Positions 21,262-31,557 of a DNA stretch of 64,000 bases are shown in pieces. The position numbers and the translations under genes were made by a program. Within the stretch, counting starts at the first letter, position 1; each line of letters opens with the position of its first letter. Source of the stretch: Alphaproteobacteria bacterium. GTDB taxonomy: Bacteria > Pseudomonadota > Alphaproteobacteria > Bin95. Location of the stretch: positions 1,024,001 to 1,088,000 of the forward strand of contig OZ219786.1 in NCBI GenBank assembly GCA_964291285.2, written 5' to 3'. Under the pieces are notes generated by a model that was given only the letters and a program-made list of their open reading frames with translations, did not search any database and was not told where the DNA came from.

Positions 21262-22642
21262 ATGGCGAGGAAATCTGATAGGGTAGAAGGCAGGCGACGC
21301 AGCGGCGACGCAGCGGCGACGCAGCGGCGACGCAGCGGCGACGCAGCGGCGACGCAGCGGCGACGCAGCGGCGACGCAGGAAGCCAACTGGCGCAACCGC
21401 ACCATCTGGACGCGCGACAATCTCCATGTCCTGAGAGGCATGAACAGCGCCACGGTTGATCTCATCTATCTCGACCCGCCCTTCAACTCCAACCGCACCT
21501 ATAGCGCACCCATAGGCTCGGAGGCGGCCGGGGCTGCCTTCAAGGACTCATGGACCTTCGACGACGCGGACCGCGTCTATCTGGCACTGCTGCAAGAGCG
21601 TGACCCGACGACTTTCGCCATAATCGACGCGGCCCGGCTGGCGCACGGGCGCGGCATGGCGGCCTATCTCGGCATGATGGCGCAACGCCTCGTCGAAATG
21701 CGGCGTGTCCTGAAGCCGACCGGCAGCATCTATCTGCATTGTGACCCGTTCGCGTCGCATTATCTCAAGATGCTCATGGACGCGATTTTCGGACGCCTTA
21801 ATCACCGGAACGAGATTATCTGGTGCTATACTGGCCCCGGCTCACCGCATATGCGCCAGTTCAACCGAAAGCACGATACAATCCACTGGTATTCAGTCGG
21901 CGAGACATGGACCTTCAATGCCGACGCCGTGCGTATTCAGCACCATGGCAAGACCAAGGCGAATTTCAAAGACGGTTTGCGCGGTTCTGGATTTATCGAG
22001 GGCGAATATGGGCTGACGGACGGCAAAGTCCCTGAAACATGGTGGCCGCAAGAGAAAGGAAATGGACTCGCCATAGCGCCCCGCCAAAAGGCGCAATATG
22101 TCGGCTATCCGACGCAGAAGCCGCTTGCCCTTCTGGACCGCATCATCAAGGCGTCGAGTAACGAGGGCGATGTCGTGCTGGACCCATTTTGCGGTTGCGC
22201 GACGGCCGCCGTGGCGGCGGAGCGGCTACAGCGCCAGTGGATCGGCATCGACATTTCCGCGAAGGCGGCCGAGCTCGTCACGACGCGCCTGCAAGGCATC
22301 CTCGACGAAATCCCGCTCTACAAGACCGGCGATGTTGTCCACAGGACGGACCAGCCGGGCCGCACGGACCTGGGAGACCTTCCCCACTACCGGACGCACC
22401 TGGACTTGCTCTACGGCCAGCAGGAAGGCTTTTGCGGCGGTTGCGGGGAGCATTTCCGCAAGCGCAATCTGACGGTGGACCATATCGTCCCGCAAGCGCA
22501 TGGCGGGACCGACCACCTTGAGAACCTTTGGCTGCTGTGCGGCGCCTGCAATTCGTCGAAGGGAACGCGCTCGCAAGAGCAATTCCTGAAAGAGCGTATG
22601 CAGAAGCGCGCCGCCCTGTTCCCGTGGCTGATAGAGGCGTGA
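21262..22642 (+). CDS. N6-adenine/N4-cytosine DNA methyltransferase (beta-type motif order) fused to a C-terminal HNH domain; currently frameshifted at the repeat tract
   Basis: DLIYLDPPF, SIYLHCD, RNEIIW, YPTQKP, VLDPFCGCAT, WIGID; HNH domain CGGC...VDHIVPQAHGGTDHLENLWLLCGACNSSKG. The conserved N-terminal NWRNRTIWTRDNL lies upstream of ATG 21440, and the RBS-preceded ATG 21262 is out of frame. Confidence 0.85.
21293..21379 (+). repeat. Perfect 11-bp tandem repeat (GGCGACGCAGC) x7 plus a 10/11 partial copy, inside the 5' coding region of the MTase
   Basis: Read directly from the sequence; no spacers; no stop codon in any frame. Confidence 0.97.
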
Positions 22643-23611
22643 CTAGTATGGCCGCGCCCCGCTCGCCAGCCCGTTCTCGGCAATCAGCCGGGCGTAGGTC
22701 AGGCGCTTCCCGACCATGCCGGCCGCCAGTCCCGCCATTTGTGCCAGCGTCCCGGCTTCGCGGATGTTGTGCCGCCCGGCGAACTCCGCGATGTAGCGGT
22801 GAAGGTGCTTCGGCGAGAACTTGTGATAGACGCCCTTGTGCGCCCGCTTCAACATGGCCCAGAAGCTCTCGATCCCGTTGGTATGCGCCTGCTGGCGGAC
22901 ATACTCGCCAGCGGAGTGATTGACCGCTTCATGCTGAAACCACACTTGCAGCGCCCGATAGACCGTCGCCTCGTCCGAATAGACCGTCGTGCCGATGCGG
23001 GCGTTGTGAGCGGCGAAGCCTGCCAGCGACGGCGCGTCCGCGTGCTGGACATGGCGGGCGCGAACCTGCTTCGTGCCCCGGTCCTTCACGCCAACGACAA
23101 TGTCCTTGCCGACAGCGCCGCGACCCTCAAGGCTCTCCCGCTTCGCCTTGTGCATGTTCTTGCGCAGCCCGCCCAGATAGACCTCGTCCACCTCTACCGG
23201 CCCGTCCATGGGCGGCTCGTCGTCGCGCTTGAAGGCTTCGCGGATGCGCTGGAGCATGAACCATGCGGTTGCCTGCCGGACGCCTATGTCCCGGCTCAGC
23301 TTCACGCTGGAGACGCCCTTGAGCGAAGTCAGGTGCAGGTAGATCGCCCAAACCCACTTGCGGAACGAGAGCTTGGACCGCTCCATGACGGTGCCGATGC
23401 GGACGCTGAAATGCCGCTTGCAGCCGGGGCAGTAGTAGGGCATCGGCGGGTTGCCGGTGCATTCAATCGTCTCGGTATGGCCGCAGCGCGGGCAATGGCG
23501 ACCGTTCGGCCAGACCTTCGCCTCAAACCATTCGCGGGCGCTTTCCTCGGTCGGGAACATCTCTCCCAACTCCATGATGGTCACGCCTTCGCGGTAGTGC
23601 TTGCCAGCCAT
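22643..23611 (-). CDS. IS1595-family transposase
   Basis: Zn finger CPRC...YYCPGC, VEVDEVYLGG, VYSDE, VNHSAGEYV, HTNGIESFWAMLKR, HLHRYIAEF. Confidence 0.95.
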   Translation of the reverse strand: MAGKHYREGVTIMELGEMFPTEESAREWFEAKVWPNGRHCPRCGHTETIECTGNPPMPYYCPGCKRHFSVRIGTVMERSKLSFRKWVWAIYLHLTSLKGVSSVKLSRDIGVRQATAWFMLQRIREAFKRDDEPPMDGPVEVDEVYLGGLRKNMHKAKRESLEGRGAVGKDIVVGVKDRGTKQVRARHVQHADAPSLAGFAAHNARIGTTVYSDEATVYRALQVWFQHEAVNHSAGEYVRQQAHTNGIESFWAMLKRAHKGVYHKFSPKHLHRYIAEFAGRHNIREAGTLAQMAGLAAGMVGKRLTYARLIAENGLASGARPY

Positions 23612-23683
23612 GACGGCCTCCGTTCCGACTGCTTGAGTCAGAATATGGGGACTCGCCGTCATTTAGTCAAGCGGATAATCCCC

Positions 23684-25058
23684 CAGTAATGCGCGCCAGA
23701 ACCGTATCCGGCCCGACGATCCGGGCGACATAGCTCAGGCCGAAGCCCGACGAGACCGTGCCAGGCGTCAGCGACACCGACTCGCGTCCTTCGCCCAGCG
23801 TCGTGCTGATCTCCTTGAGATAGGCTCGATCCAACAGGTCGTAGAACTGCGACGGTCTACCTGCGAGGCTGGCAAGCTCGAACGACTTGACCCGCCAGAC
23901 CTTGCCGACGCTGTTCATCGCATCGACCGTTGCCTGCAGGCTCGAACTATTCCGGAAGGACGGCGTGACTACCGACACGCCGCCCCCGGAGATCACGACG
24001 TCTACCGACGAACCGAACAGCTTCGGCAATACGCCCGACAGTCCGATCTCGAAATCATGCGCCCGGTCGAACTGCACCGAATAAAGGTAGATCGAGAGCG
24101 ACACCGGCCGCAGCGTGTGCCGGTCCAGATGCTGCAGATAGTCCCGGACTCTGGCAACCGCCCTCGGAGCGCCCCGCACGCTTACCGTCCCGGACGACTC
24201 CGATACCAGCACCTCGGCGCCATCCCCGGCCGCGTCGCAAACGAGATCGGTAATCTCCTCCCACGGCTTGTATTCCATGGAAGCGTCCAGCGACTGCTTC
24301 GTGCCCCCCGAAGTCTCCTCGCCCGCCTCGGCCTCCGTCGACACCTTCACATCGTATTTTTGCGTTCCGACCAGTGCATTGATGCTGAAGGTGCGGCTCT
24401 CGGAGCGCACGATGTCGATCGCCCCTGAAACCTCGTCGTATCGCCAGAACCAGCCCAACTCCCCGGTCCACACTTCAAGCAGACGATCCAATGGCCCCGT
24501 CCACACGCCGCTGTCCGGCACCAGCTCGTCCGTCAGCGATTGCATCCATTCGGAGCTCTCGCCCGACCGCCGCAACGCAGCACTTTCGCAAGAGCCGTGG
24601 CCTTCCGCCCTCGGCTTGTCTTCCTCTCCGACCCACCGGACAACCAGCCCGGAGGCTACAGCGATCCGACGCCGCAACACCTCCGTAGCCTCCTCCGGAG
24701 ACACCTCTGGAGACACCAAGTCACCCACCGGCACAGTCACGCCGACTTCGCTGACCAGATCCTCGGGTAGTGGTGCCGCTTCGGTCTGCACCGCCGACAG
24801 CGCGAGATAAGGCGCCGCAGACTCCCGAAGCGACCGAAAGCCGGAACGGTCGGGACCAGAGGGCCGCAGCTCCCTTACTTTCTGCTCGATGGCTGCCTTG
24901 TTTTCCGGGTCCCCCTCAGACTCCGCCCAGCCGCAGCCTGCCACCCACCAGCACGCCGCAAGAAGCGCAGCAAACTCAATTCCGCGACGCCCACAAATCC
25001 CGCCACCGAATGACAGACTGTTGACAACTCTCGGCGAATCCAACAGTACCTCTCCCAT
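23684..25058 (-). pseudogene. Type IVB pilus secretin (PilN/BfpB-like), C-terminally truncated at the IS1595 end
   Basis: WTGPLDRLLE...WRYD...SRTFSINAL...SESSGTVSVRG...RPVSLSIYLYSVQ...AYLKEISTT...LTPGTVSSGF; the reading frame runs into the IS IR; no other pil genes nearby; start uncertain. Confidence 0.65.
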
Positions 25059-25082
25059 GTCCACTGCCGGGAAAGGTGTGGT

Positions 25083-25108
25083 GGTAGGAAAATGCTGTAT
25101 TTCCTACC
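25083..25108. other. att-like site: 9-bp inverted arms around an 8-bp spacer at the island/host junction
   Basis: GGTAGGAAA-ATGCTGTA-TTTCCTACC, exactly at the truncation point of the downstream hydratase gene. Confidence 0.5.
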
Positions 25109-25790
25109 GCGCTTCGAGCAGGCGGAGCTGGGGCCGGACGGGGCGCCCGCCTCCTCCGGCGTGATCCCGGAAATGCCGTTCCCGCGCCGCATGTACGCCG
25201 GCACGCGCCTCGCCTTCCACGAACCCATCCGCATCGGCGACCGGCTGCACCGGGAGACGGAGCTTGTGGAGCTCGCCGTCAAGGACGGCAGCACCGGCCG
25301 CCTCGCCTTCGCAACGGTCGAAAGCCGCATCTCGACGCCGCGCGGCCTCGCCGTGGTCGAGCAGCGCGACACGGTCTATCGCGAGGAGACGCCGGCCGGC
25401 GCCACGAACAGGGCGCCCAAGCGCGCCGCGCCGCCCGACGACATCGCATGGGAGGCAGAGGAGCGCCCGGACGAGGTCACGCTGTTCCGCTTCTCGGCGC
25501 TCACTTTCAACGCCCACCGCATCCATTACGACGCGGTCTGGGCGAAGGAGGTGGAGGGCTATCCGGCGCTGGTCGTCCACGGGCCGCTCTCGCAGTCCTA
25601 CCTGATGAACTTCGCCCGCGACTGCATGGCCCCGAGGCGCATGACCTCCTTCGACATGCGGGCGCGCGCGCCGCTCTTCATCGACAGGCCGGTGCGGCTG
25701 GTCGGCAAGCCGGTGGACGGCGGCTGCGAGGTCTGGGCGGTGACGCCGGAGGGGACCATCGCGATGAGCGCCTCGGCGGGTTTCGCCTGA
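25092..25790 (+). pseudogene. MaoC/FAS1-type hydratase (mesaconyl-C4-CoA hydratase-like), apparently lacking its N-terminus
   Basis: LYFLP...LGPDG...PRRMYAG...LFRFSALTFNAHRIHYD...GYPALVVHGPL; family members normally have roughly 50 or more residues before LYFLP. Confidence 0.7.
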
Positions 25791-25831
25791 GGCCCGGCGA
25801 GGGGAACGAGGAACGGTTGGGAGAGAACGAC

Positions 25832-26680
25832 ATGGCAGAACAGCTTCAGACCCGTCCGCTCGGCGGCGCGCTGGGCCTCGAAGTGACCGGCGTTGACCTG
25901 TCGGGGCCGGTCTCCGACGACGTGTTCGGCGAGATCAAGGAGAATTTCTGGCGGAACCCGGTTCTTGTGTTCCGCGACCAGGACCTCGACGCGCACAGCC
26001 TGGCGGCGCTGGGCAAGCGCTTCGGGCCGCTCCAGCTTCATGTGCTGGTCGATTACCGCCATGAGGAGGTGCCGGAAGTCTCCTGGCTCACCAACGTGAA
26101 CAAGGACGGCTCGCTCGACCCGGCCGGCTACAAGCGCGCGACGACCTGGCATTCCGACGGCACCTTCGAGGAGCGCCCGCCGGCGGTCGCCATCCTGCAC
26201 GCCAGGGAAATCCCGTCGAAGGGCGGCGGCACCGTGTTCTGCAACATGATCCGCGCCTATGAGACGCTGTCGGACGAGGTGCGGGAGCGCATCGACGGGC
26301 TGACGGGTCGGCATTTCTACGGCGCCGGCCCCGGCGGAACCGGCGCGCTTCCGCTCAAAGACTATCAGGAGGGAACGCTGCCGGAAGTGCATCACCCGGT
26401 CGTGCGCACGCATCCGGAGAGCGGACGCAGGATGCTCTATGTCAACGCCATCCACACCTTCGGCTTCGTCGAGGTCGAGGGCGAGGAGGGCGAGACGCTG
26501 CTGAACGGCCTGCTCGACCACGCCACGCGGGACGAGTTCGTGTACCACCACCGCTGGAACCACGGCGACGTGGTGATGTGGGACGAGCGCGCCACCATGC
26601 ACCGGGGCGCGGGCGACTACGACCCGAACGAACGCCGGGTGATGCTGCGGACCATCTCCTACGGGGAACGGCCCCGGTGA
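25832..26680 (+). CDS. TauD/TfdA-family 2-oxoglutarate/Fe(II) dioxygenase
   Basis: WHSDGTF, GGGTVF, HPVVRTHPESGR, WDERATMHRG. Confidence 0.9.
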   Translation: MAEQLQTRPLGGALGLEVTGVDLSGPVSDDVFGEIKENFWRNPVLVFRDQDLDAHSLAALGKRFGPLQLHVLVDYRHEEVPEVSWLTNVNKDGSLDPAGYKRATTWHSDGTFEERPPAVAILHAREIPSKGGGTVFCNMIRAYETLSDEVRERIDGLTGRHFYGAGPGGTGALPLKDYQEGTLPEVHHPVVRTHPESGRRMLYVNAIHTFGFVEVEGEEGETLLNGLLDHATRDEFVYHHRWNHGDVVMWDERATMHRGAGDYDPNERRVMLRTISYGERPR

Positions 26681-27540
26681 ACCCGGCCTTCGCCAAGGCC
26701 GTCCTGCTGACCGGGGCGGCCGGCGGGCTCGGCGCGGCGATGGCCGAGGCGCTTGCCGGCGACGGGCACCGGCTCGCGCTGGTGGACCGCGACGAAGAGC
26801 GCCTGCAGGCGCTGACGAACCGTCTCTGGCAGAAACACGGCGACGGCGTGGTATTGCCGCTGGCGCTCGATCTCACCGACGAGGAGGCCTGCGCGGAGGC
26901 CGCCGGGCGCGCGGCGGAGCATTTCGGGCGCCTCGACATGCTGGTGAACAATGCCGGCATCGGCATGAGTACGCTGCGCCCCGACTACCATCTGCGTCCG
27001 CTCGCCGCGTTCAGCGAGGTGTCGGTCGAGGACTGGCAGCGCTTCGTCGCGGTCCATGCCACCGCGCCCTTCGTCTTCATGCGCGCCGCCGCGCCCTTCA
27101 TGCAGGAGCGCGGCTGGGGCCGGATCGTCAATGTCACCACCTCGCTCTCGACCATGCTTCGGCCGCAGTTCTTCCCCTATGGCGCGTCGAAGGCCGCGCT
27201 CGAGGCGATGTCGTCCCAGTTTGCCGGCGAGCTGGAGGGAACCGGCATCACCGTGAATGTACTCACACCCGGCGGCCCGACCGACACGCCGATGGTGACG
27301 GAGGAGAGCGCGCCGGACAGGAGCGCCCTGCTCTCCCCCGCGGTCATGGCCCCGCCGATCCGCTTCCTCGCCTCGGAGATTTCTGACGGCTTCACCGGCC
27401 GGCGGATCATCGCCGCGCTCTGGGACAAGCGCATCGCGCCGGTGGACTCCGCCATGAACGCCGGCGGCCCGATCGGCTGGCCCGGCACGGGCCCCGCCGC
27501 CATCTGGCCGGAGAGCTTGCCGGGAGCCGAGCGCGCCTGA
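26677..27540 (+). CDS. SDR-family oxidoreductase
   Basis: TGAAGGLG, LVNNAG, YGASK; GTG start overlapping the TauD stop. Confidence 0.88.
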   Translation: MNPAFAKAVLLTGAAGGLGAAMAEALAGDGHRLALVDRDEERLQALTNRLWQKHGDGVVLPLALDLTDEEACAEAAGRAAEHFGRLDMLVNNAGIGMSTLRPDYHLRPLAAFSEVSVEDWQRFVAVHATAPFVFMRAAAPFMQERGWGRIVNVTTSLSTMLRPQFFPYGASKAALEAMSSQFAGELEGTGITVNVLTPGGPTDTPMVTEESAPDRSALLSPAVMAPPIRFLASEISDGFTGRRIIAALWDKRIAPVDSAMNAGGPIGWPGTGPAAIWPESLPGAERA

Positions 27541-27651
27541 TCCGGCGCGGCGGATTGCTGCACCGCAAAAAGGCCCGCGCCGCTTGACTTGCCCGGCGCC
27601 GCAACCCTAAAAGCCGCCCTTGCCCTTCAACCCGAGCCTGCGGAGGTCCCC

Positions 27652-28401
27652 TTGAAGGTCCTCGTCCCCGTCAAGCGCGTCATCGACTACAATGTGAAGA
27701 TCCGGGTGAAGCCGGACGGCACCGGCGTCGAGACCCGGAATGTGAAGATGTCGATGAACCCGTTCGACGAGATTTCCGTCGAACAGGCCATCCGGATGAA
27801 GGAAGCCGGCTCGGCCGAGGAGATCGTCGCGGTCTCCATCGGCGTGCAGCAGTGCCAGGAGACGATCCGCACGGCGCTCGCCATGGGCGCGGACCGGGGC
27901 ATCCTGGTCGTCACCGAGGACGAGGTGGAGCCGCTCGCCGTCGCCAAGATGCTGAAGGCGATCTGCGAGAAGGAAGAGCCGGGCATGGTCATTCTCGGCA
28001 AGCAGGCCATCGACGACGACTGCAACCAGACGGGCCAGATGCTCTCCGCGCTGCTCGGCTGGTCGCAGGCGACCTTCGCATCCGAGGTCGCGATAGACGG
28101 CGGCAAGGCCCGCGTCACCCGCGAAGTCGATGGCGGGCTGGAGACGGTCGAGGTCACGCTGCCGACGGTGGTGACGGTGGACCTGCGCCTCAACGAGCCG
28201 CGCTACGCCTCGCTGCCGAACATCATGAAGGCGAAACGCAAGCCCATCGACCGCTTCGAGCCGGCCGACCTCGGCGTCGATACCGCGCCGCGCCTCAAGG
28301 TGCTGCATGTCGGCGAGCCGGAGAAGCGCGCCGGCGGCGTGAAGGTCGAGACCGTCGAGGAGCTCGTGCAGAAGCTCTCCACCGAAGCGAAGGTGATCTG
28401 A
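27652..28401 (+). CDS. etfB: Electron transfer flavoprotein beta subunit
   Basis: [54 protein letters not shown]. Confidence 0.96.
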   Translation: MKVLVPVKRVIDYNVKIRVKPDGTGVETRNVKMSMNPFDEISVEQAIRMKEAGSAEEIVAVSIGVQQCQETIRTALAMGADRGILVVTEDEVEPLAVAKMLKAICEKEEPGMVILGKQAIDDDCNQTGQMLSALLGWSQATFASEVAIDGGKARVTREVDGGLETVEVTLPTVVTVDLRLNEPRYASLPNIMKAKRKPIDRFEPADLGVDTAPRLKVLHVGEPEKRAGGVKVETVEELVQKLSTEAKVI

Positions 28402-28405
28402 TCCC

Positions 28406-29359
28406 ATGAGCGTTCTCGTCATTGCCGAACACGACAACGCCACCCTGAAGGCGGCCACGCGCAACGCCGTCGCCGCAGCGGCCGAGATCGACGCGGATGT
28501 GCATGTGCTGGTGGCCGGACAGGATTGCGGCCCGGCCGCCGAGGCGGCCGCGCAGGTCGCGGGCGTCGCGAAGGTGCTTGTCGCCGAGGACGGGGCCTAT
28601 GAACACGCGCTGGCGGAGAATGTGGCGAAGCTGGTAGTCGATCTCTCCGGCAGCTACAGCCATGTGCTCGCGCCGGCCACCGCGAACGGCAAGAACATCC
28701 TGCCCCGCGCCGCGGCCCTGCTCGACGTGGCGCAGATTTCGGACATCACCGAGGTCGTCTCCGCCGACACCTTCGTGCGGCCGATCTATGCCGGCAACGC
28801 CATGGCGAAGGTGCAGTCCGCCGACCCGGTCAAGCTCATCACGGTGCGCATGACGGCGTTCGACGCGGCCCCGGCCGAGGGCGGGTCGGCACCGGTCGAG
28901 GCGGCGTCCGGGGCCGGCAGCGTCGGGCTCTCCAGCTTCGTCGGGCGCGAACTCACAAAGTCCGAGCGCCCGGAACTCACCACCGCCGGCATCGTCGTCT
29001 CCGGCGGGCGCGGCATGGGCTCGGGCGAGAACTTCAACATACTGGAGGCGCTCGCCGACCGGCTGGGCGCGGCCGTCGGGGCCTCGCGCGCGGCGGTCGA
29101 TGCGGGCTATGTGCCGAACGACTACCAGGTCGGGCAGACGGGCAAAGTGGTCGCCCCGGACCTCTACATCGCGGTCGGCATTTCCGGCGCCATCCAGCAT
29201 CTCGCCGGCATGAAGGACAGCCGGGTGATCGTCGCCATCAACAAGGACGAGGAAGCGCCGATCTTCCAGGTCGCCGATTACGGGCTCGTGGCGGACCTGT
29301 TCAAGGCGGTGCCGGAACTCACCGGCGCCATCGAAGACTACAAGGCGGAAAACGATTGA
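28406..29359 (+). CDS. etfA: Electron transfer flavoprotein alpha subunit
   Basis: [55 protein letters not shown]. Confidence 0.96.
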   Translation: MSVLVIAEHDNATLKAATRNAVAAAAEIDADVHVLVAGQDCGPAAEAAAQVAGVAKVLVAEDGAYEHALAENVAKLVVDLSGSYSHVLAPATANGKNILPRAAALLDVAQISDITEVVSADTFVRPIYAGNAMAKVQSADPVKLITVRMTAFDAAPAEGGSAPVEAASGAGSVGLSSFVGRELTKSERPELTTAGIVVSGGRGMGSGENFNILEALADRLGAAVGASRAAVDAGYVPNDYQVGQTGKVVAPDLYIAVGISGAIQHLAGMKDSRVIVAINKDEEAPIFQVADYGLVADLFKAVPELTGAIEDYKAEND

Positions 29360-30258
29360 CCGCCATGCCGAGGGGTCACGACAGCGGCATCCGCAAGGTC
29401 GGCGTCATCGGCGCCGGTCAGATGGGCAGCGGCATCGCGCATGTCGCCGCGCTTTCCGGCTTCGATGTGCGCCTTGTGGACATCGCGGACGCAGCGCTGG
29501 AACGCAGTCTCACGGTCATCGACCGCAACATGGACCGGCAATTGCGCCGGGGCCTGTTCGACGAGGCGGCGAAGGCCGAGGCGCTGGCGCGGATCGACAC
29601 GGGCTCGGACTATGCCGGCTTCCGGGACTGCGACATCGTGATCGAGGCCGCCACGGAGAACGAGGCGGTGAAGCGCGAGGTGTTCAAGGCGCTGCTGCCG
29701 CATCTCGCCGAGGGCGCAATCGTCGCGTCCAACACCTCCTCGATCTCGATCACGCGGCTGGCCTCCACGACGGATCGTCCGGAGCGGTTCATCGGCCTGC
29801 ATTTCATGAACCCGGTGCCGATGATGTCCCTGGTCGAGCTCATTCGCGGCATCGCGACCGGGGACAACACCTTCGAGGACGTGAAGGAGTTCGCCGTCTC
29901 GCTCGGCAAGACGCCGGTGGCGGCGGAGGACTTCCCGGCCTTCATCGTCAACCGCATCCTGCTGCCGATGATCAACGAGGCCGTCTATACGCTCTATGAG
30001 GGCGTGGGCTCGGTGGACGCCATCGACACCGGCATGCGCCTTGGCGCCAACCACCCGATGGGGCCGCTGGAGCTCGCGGACTTCATCGGCCTCGACACCT
30101 GCCTCGCCGTGATGCAGGTGCTCTATGACGGGCTCGCCGACAGCAAATACCGCCCCTGCCCGCTGCTGGTGAAATATGTCGAGGCGGGCTGGATCGGCCG
30201 CAAGGCCGGCCGCGGCTTCTACGACTATTCAGGCGACCACCCCGTCCCGACGCGGTAG
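29356..30258 (+). CDS. hbd: 3-hydroxybutyryl-CoA dehydrogenase
   Basis: [43 protein letters not shown]. Confidence 0.92.
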   Translation: MTAMPRGHDSGIRKVGVIGAGQMGSGIAHVAALSGFDVRLVDIADAALERSLTVIDRNMDRQLRRGLFDEAAKAEALARIDTGSDYAGFRDCDIVIEAATENEAVKREVFKALLPHLAEGAIVASNTSSISITRLASTTDRPERFIGLHFMNPVPMMSLVELIRGIATGDNTFEDVKEFAVSLGKTPVAAEDFPAFIVNRILLPMINEAVYTLYEGVGSVDAIDTGMRLGANHPMGPLELADFIGLDTCLAVMQVLYDGLADSKYRPCPLLVKYVEAGWIGRKAGRGFYDYSGDHPVPTR

Positions 30259-30268
30259 GGCCGACCGG

Positions 30269-31444
30269 CTACAGCACGCCGTCGATTGCCCGAAGGTAGA
30301 GGCGCTCCAACGCGCCCGTATCGAGGGGAACCGGGTTGGTTGCAGCGGACGGGTCCACCGCCGCCATCGGCGCCATGCGCCTTGCGAACGAGGCGTCCAC
30401 GCCTATGTCCCTGAGCGTGTGCGGAATCCCGATTTCCTCGCGCAGGGCAAGGATCCAGTCGAGGACGCCCGAGAAGGACGGGTCCGGCAGGTCGAGGTAG
30501 CGCGCGAGGGCCGCCATCTTCGTCTCGATAGCCGGCCGGTTGAAGACGAGCACATAGGGCATGACCACCGCGTTCGTCAGGCCGTGGTGGGTGTCGAGCA
30601 GCGAACTGCAGGGGTGGCTGAGGGCGTGCATCGCGCCCAGCCCCTTCTGGAAGGCGGTCGAGCCCATCGCGGCCGCCACCTGCATGCGGCTCCGCGCGGC
30701 AAGGTCGGAGGGGTTCTTCACTGCGACGGGAAGCGCGTCGCGGACGAGCCGCATCGCTTCGAGCGCGATCCCCTGCGCCAGCGGATGGAAGACGGGGCTC
30801 GAATAGGCTTCGAGGCTGTGGGAGAGCGCATCCATTCCGACCGCCGCGGTGAGGTGGGCGGGAAGCCCCACAGTGAGTTCGGGGTCCAGGATCACGCGGC
30901 CCGGCATCATCCGGGGATGGAAGATGATCCGCTTGGTGTGCTCGGCGCGGGCGTCGGTGATGACCGAGGCGCGTCCCGTCTCCGAACCGGTGCCGGAGGT
31001 GGTGGGAACGGCGACGACCGGCGCCAAGCCGTCCTCCTCGGCCCGGGTCCACCAGTCCTCGCGGTTCTCGAAATCCCAGATGGGCCGCGATTGGGCCGCC
31101 ATGAAGCCGATCGCCTTGCCGGTATCCAGGGCGCTGCCGCCCCCGAAGGCAATGATCCCGTCGTGATCTCCCTCCCGCAGCGCCGCTACCCCGTCATGGA
31201 CATTGGCCTCGACCGGGTTCGCGCGCACGTCCGAGAAGACCGCACATGCGAGTCCTGCCTGCGCACAGGCCTCCACCGCTTCGCTCACCATGGGCAGCGC
31301 CGCCAGCCCCGGGTCCGTGACCAGCAGGGGCCGGTGGATGCCGAGCTCCAGACACGCCCGGGGAAGCTCGCTGATGCGCCCGGCGCCGAAGCGGATCGGA
31401 GCAGGGAAGCTCCAGTTGCCAATCGCGTCCGTCGGCTTGTCCAT
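30269..31444 (-). CDS. Iron-containing alcohol dehydrogenase
   Basis: GGGSALDTGK, PTTSGTGSE, GMDALSHSLE, HALSH...HHG. Confidence 0.92.
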   Translation of the reverse strand: MDKPTDAIGNWSFPAPIRFGAGRISELPRACLELGIHRPLLVTDPGLAALPMVSEAVEACAQAGLACAVFSDVRANPVEANVHDGVAALREGDHDGIIAFGGGSALDTGKAIGFMAAQSRPIWDFENREDWWTRAEEDGLAPVVAVPTTSGTGSETGRASVITDARAEHTKRIIFHPRMMPGRVILDPELTVGLPAHLTAAVGMDALSHSLEAYSSPVFHPLAQGIALEAMRLVRDALPVAVKNPSDLAARSRMQVAAAMGSTAFQKGLGAMHALSHPCSSLLDTHHGLTNAVVMPYVLVFNRPAIETKMAALARYLDLPDPSFSGVLDWILALREEIGIPHTLRDIGVDASFARRMAPMAAVDPSAATNPVPLDTGALERLYLRAIDGVL

Positions 31445-31557
31445 AGGGTGCACCTCCCGGCATGAGCATCGGGAAAGACCGGATAGGACCCTTGCAGGCA
31501 GGAAGGCAAGCCCGGCGAGCGGCGTTGCCGGACTATGGCCCCGGTGATAGTTCCCGG

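Larger units (their letters stand above)
21193..23683 (-). mobile_element. IS1595-family transposon carrying a methyltransferase-HNH passenger gene
   Basis: 23-bp terminal IRs, 22/23 identical: GGGGATTATCCGTTTGACTAAAT (21193-21215) and ATTTAGTCAAGCGGATAATCCCC (23661-23683). They enclose both the MTase-HNH and the transposase. No matching TSD. Confidence 0.88.

Noticed and set aside
21293-21379. CRISPR array
   Set aside because: Contiguous 11-bp units with no spacers, and no cas genes nearby; it is a simple tandem repeat.
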